A DNA stretch of 63,988 bases, the filler included. It is 9 parts of 9 records of this genome, joined end to end, with 100 filler letters (N's around TTAATTAATTAA, not from the genome) between each part and the next. Parts side by side here need not be neighbours in the genome. Positions count along the whole stretch, not along the records: positions 60,982 to 63,988 come from SRR20825010_2547; 8 more parts are not named here. One strand, written 5' to 3'. A model generated the notes under the pieces. That model ran no database searches, had not been told where the DNA came from, and worked only from the letters and a program-made list of their open reading frames with translations. The position numbers were made by a program, and so were the translations under genes. Below are positions 63,638-63,988 of this stretch, piece after piece; position 1 is the stretch's first letter; every line of letters begins with the position of its first letter.

Positions 63638-63988
63638 ATGCAAATGGTTGAAGAAACCACCCAACTGCTTTCGCGCCTCGGGGTGAAGGAAGCCTCCTAC
63701 ACCGGTGGAAACTTGCACGTTACGAGCCCGCTGACCGGAGAGGAAATTGCGGCGGTTAAAAGCGACAGTACGGAAGATGTCGCCGCCACAATTCAACGGG
63801 CCAAAGCCGCCTTTGCCGTCTGGCGTTCCGTACCCGCGCCGCGCCGGGGTGAGCTTGTCCGCCTGTTCGGGGAGGAGTTGCGCGCCGCCAAAGACGACCT
63901 TGGCCGACTGGTTTCGATTGAGGTTGGAAAGATCCCGTCCGAGGGGGCGGGCGAAGTACAGGAAATGATCGATATCTGCGATTTCGCC
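63638..63988 (+). CDS. Aldehyde dehydrogenase, ALDH7 / piperideine-6-carboxylate dehydrogenase type (3'-truncated)
   Basis: Not in the ORF track; MQMVEE...WRSVPAPRRGELVRLFGEELR...EVGKIPSEGAGEVQEMIDICDFA after a GAAGGA RBS. Confidence 0.88.
   Translation, partial: MQMVEETTQLLSRLGVKEASYTGGNLHVTSPLTGEEIAAVKSDSTEDVAATIQRAKAAFAVWRSVPAPRRGELVRLFGEELRAAKDDLGRLVSIEVGKIPSEGAGEVQEMIDICDFA

Overview
This window is not one locus. It is nine unrelated contigs joined by eight artificial 100-bp linkers (44 N + TTAATTAATTAA + 44 N), so gene neighbourhoods are only meaningful within a contig. Taxonomic labels are inferred from gene content and base composition. A (1-6056, Rhodobacteraceae-like): form I aerobic CO dehydrogenase coxMSL, an MHYT-LytTR regulator and a serralysin-type protease. 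B (6157-9997): WD40/cytochrome c, a small membrane protein, an NtrC-family regulator lacking GAFTGA, and the tungstate ABC transporter tupBC(A). C (10098-14946, Rhizobiales-like): two extensin-like genes, DUF3775, an EamA transporter and a PQQ sugar dehydrogenase. D (15047-38357, Bacteroidota): a sulfated-polysaccharide PUL (SusC/D/E-like, hybrid two-component system, three sulfatases, GH29, GH2, a large beta-helix protein). E (38458-41917): an AddB-like nuclease and an LVIVD lipoprotein. F (42018-50040, Planctomycetota): DUF1559, a sulfatase, BlaI with a BlaR1/M56 protein fused to a secretin-like domain, and SulP. G (50141-57747, Flavobacteriaceae): housekeeping genes (fbaA, accD, rpsO, pnp). 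H (57848-60881): an AbiE type IV toxin-antitoxin pair between two frameshifted wHTH gene remnants. I (60982-63988, alphaproteobacterial): acyl-CoA synthetase, crotonase, LpxR and an aldehyde dehydrogenase. The best leads for something undescribed are the BlaI/M56-secretin-like module with its intact operators, the PUL beta-helix enzyme, and several candidate cis-regulatory elements. No rRNA, tRNA or CRISPR array was recognised. All assignments come from motif recognition by eye; no database searches were run.
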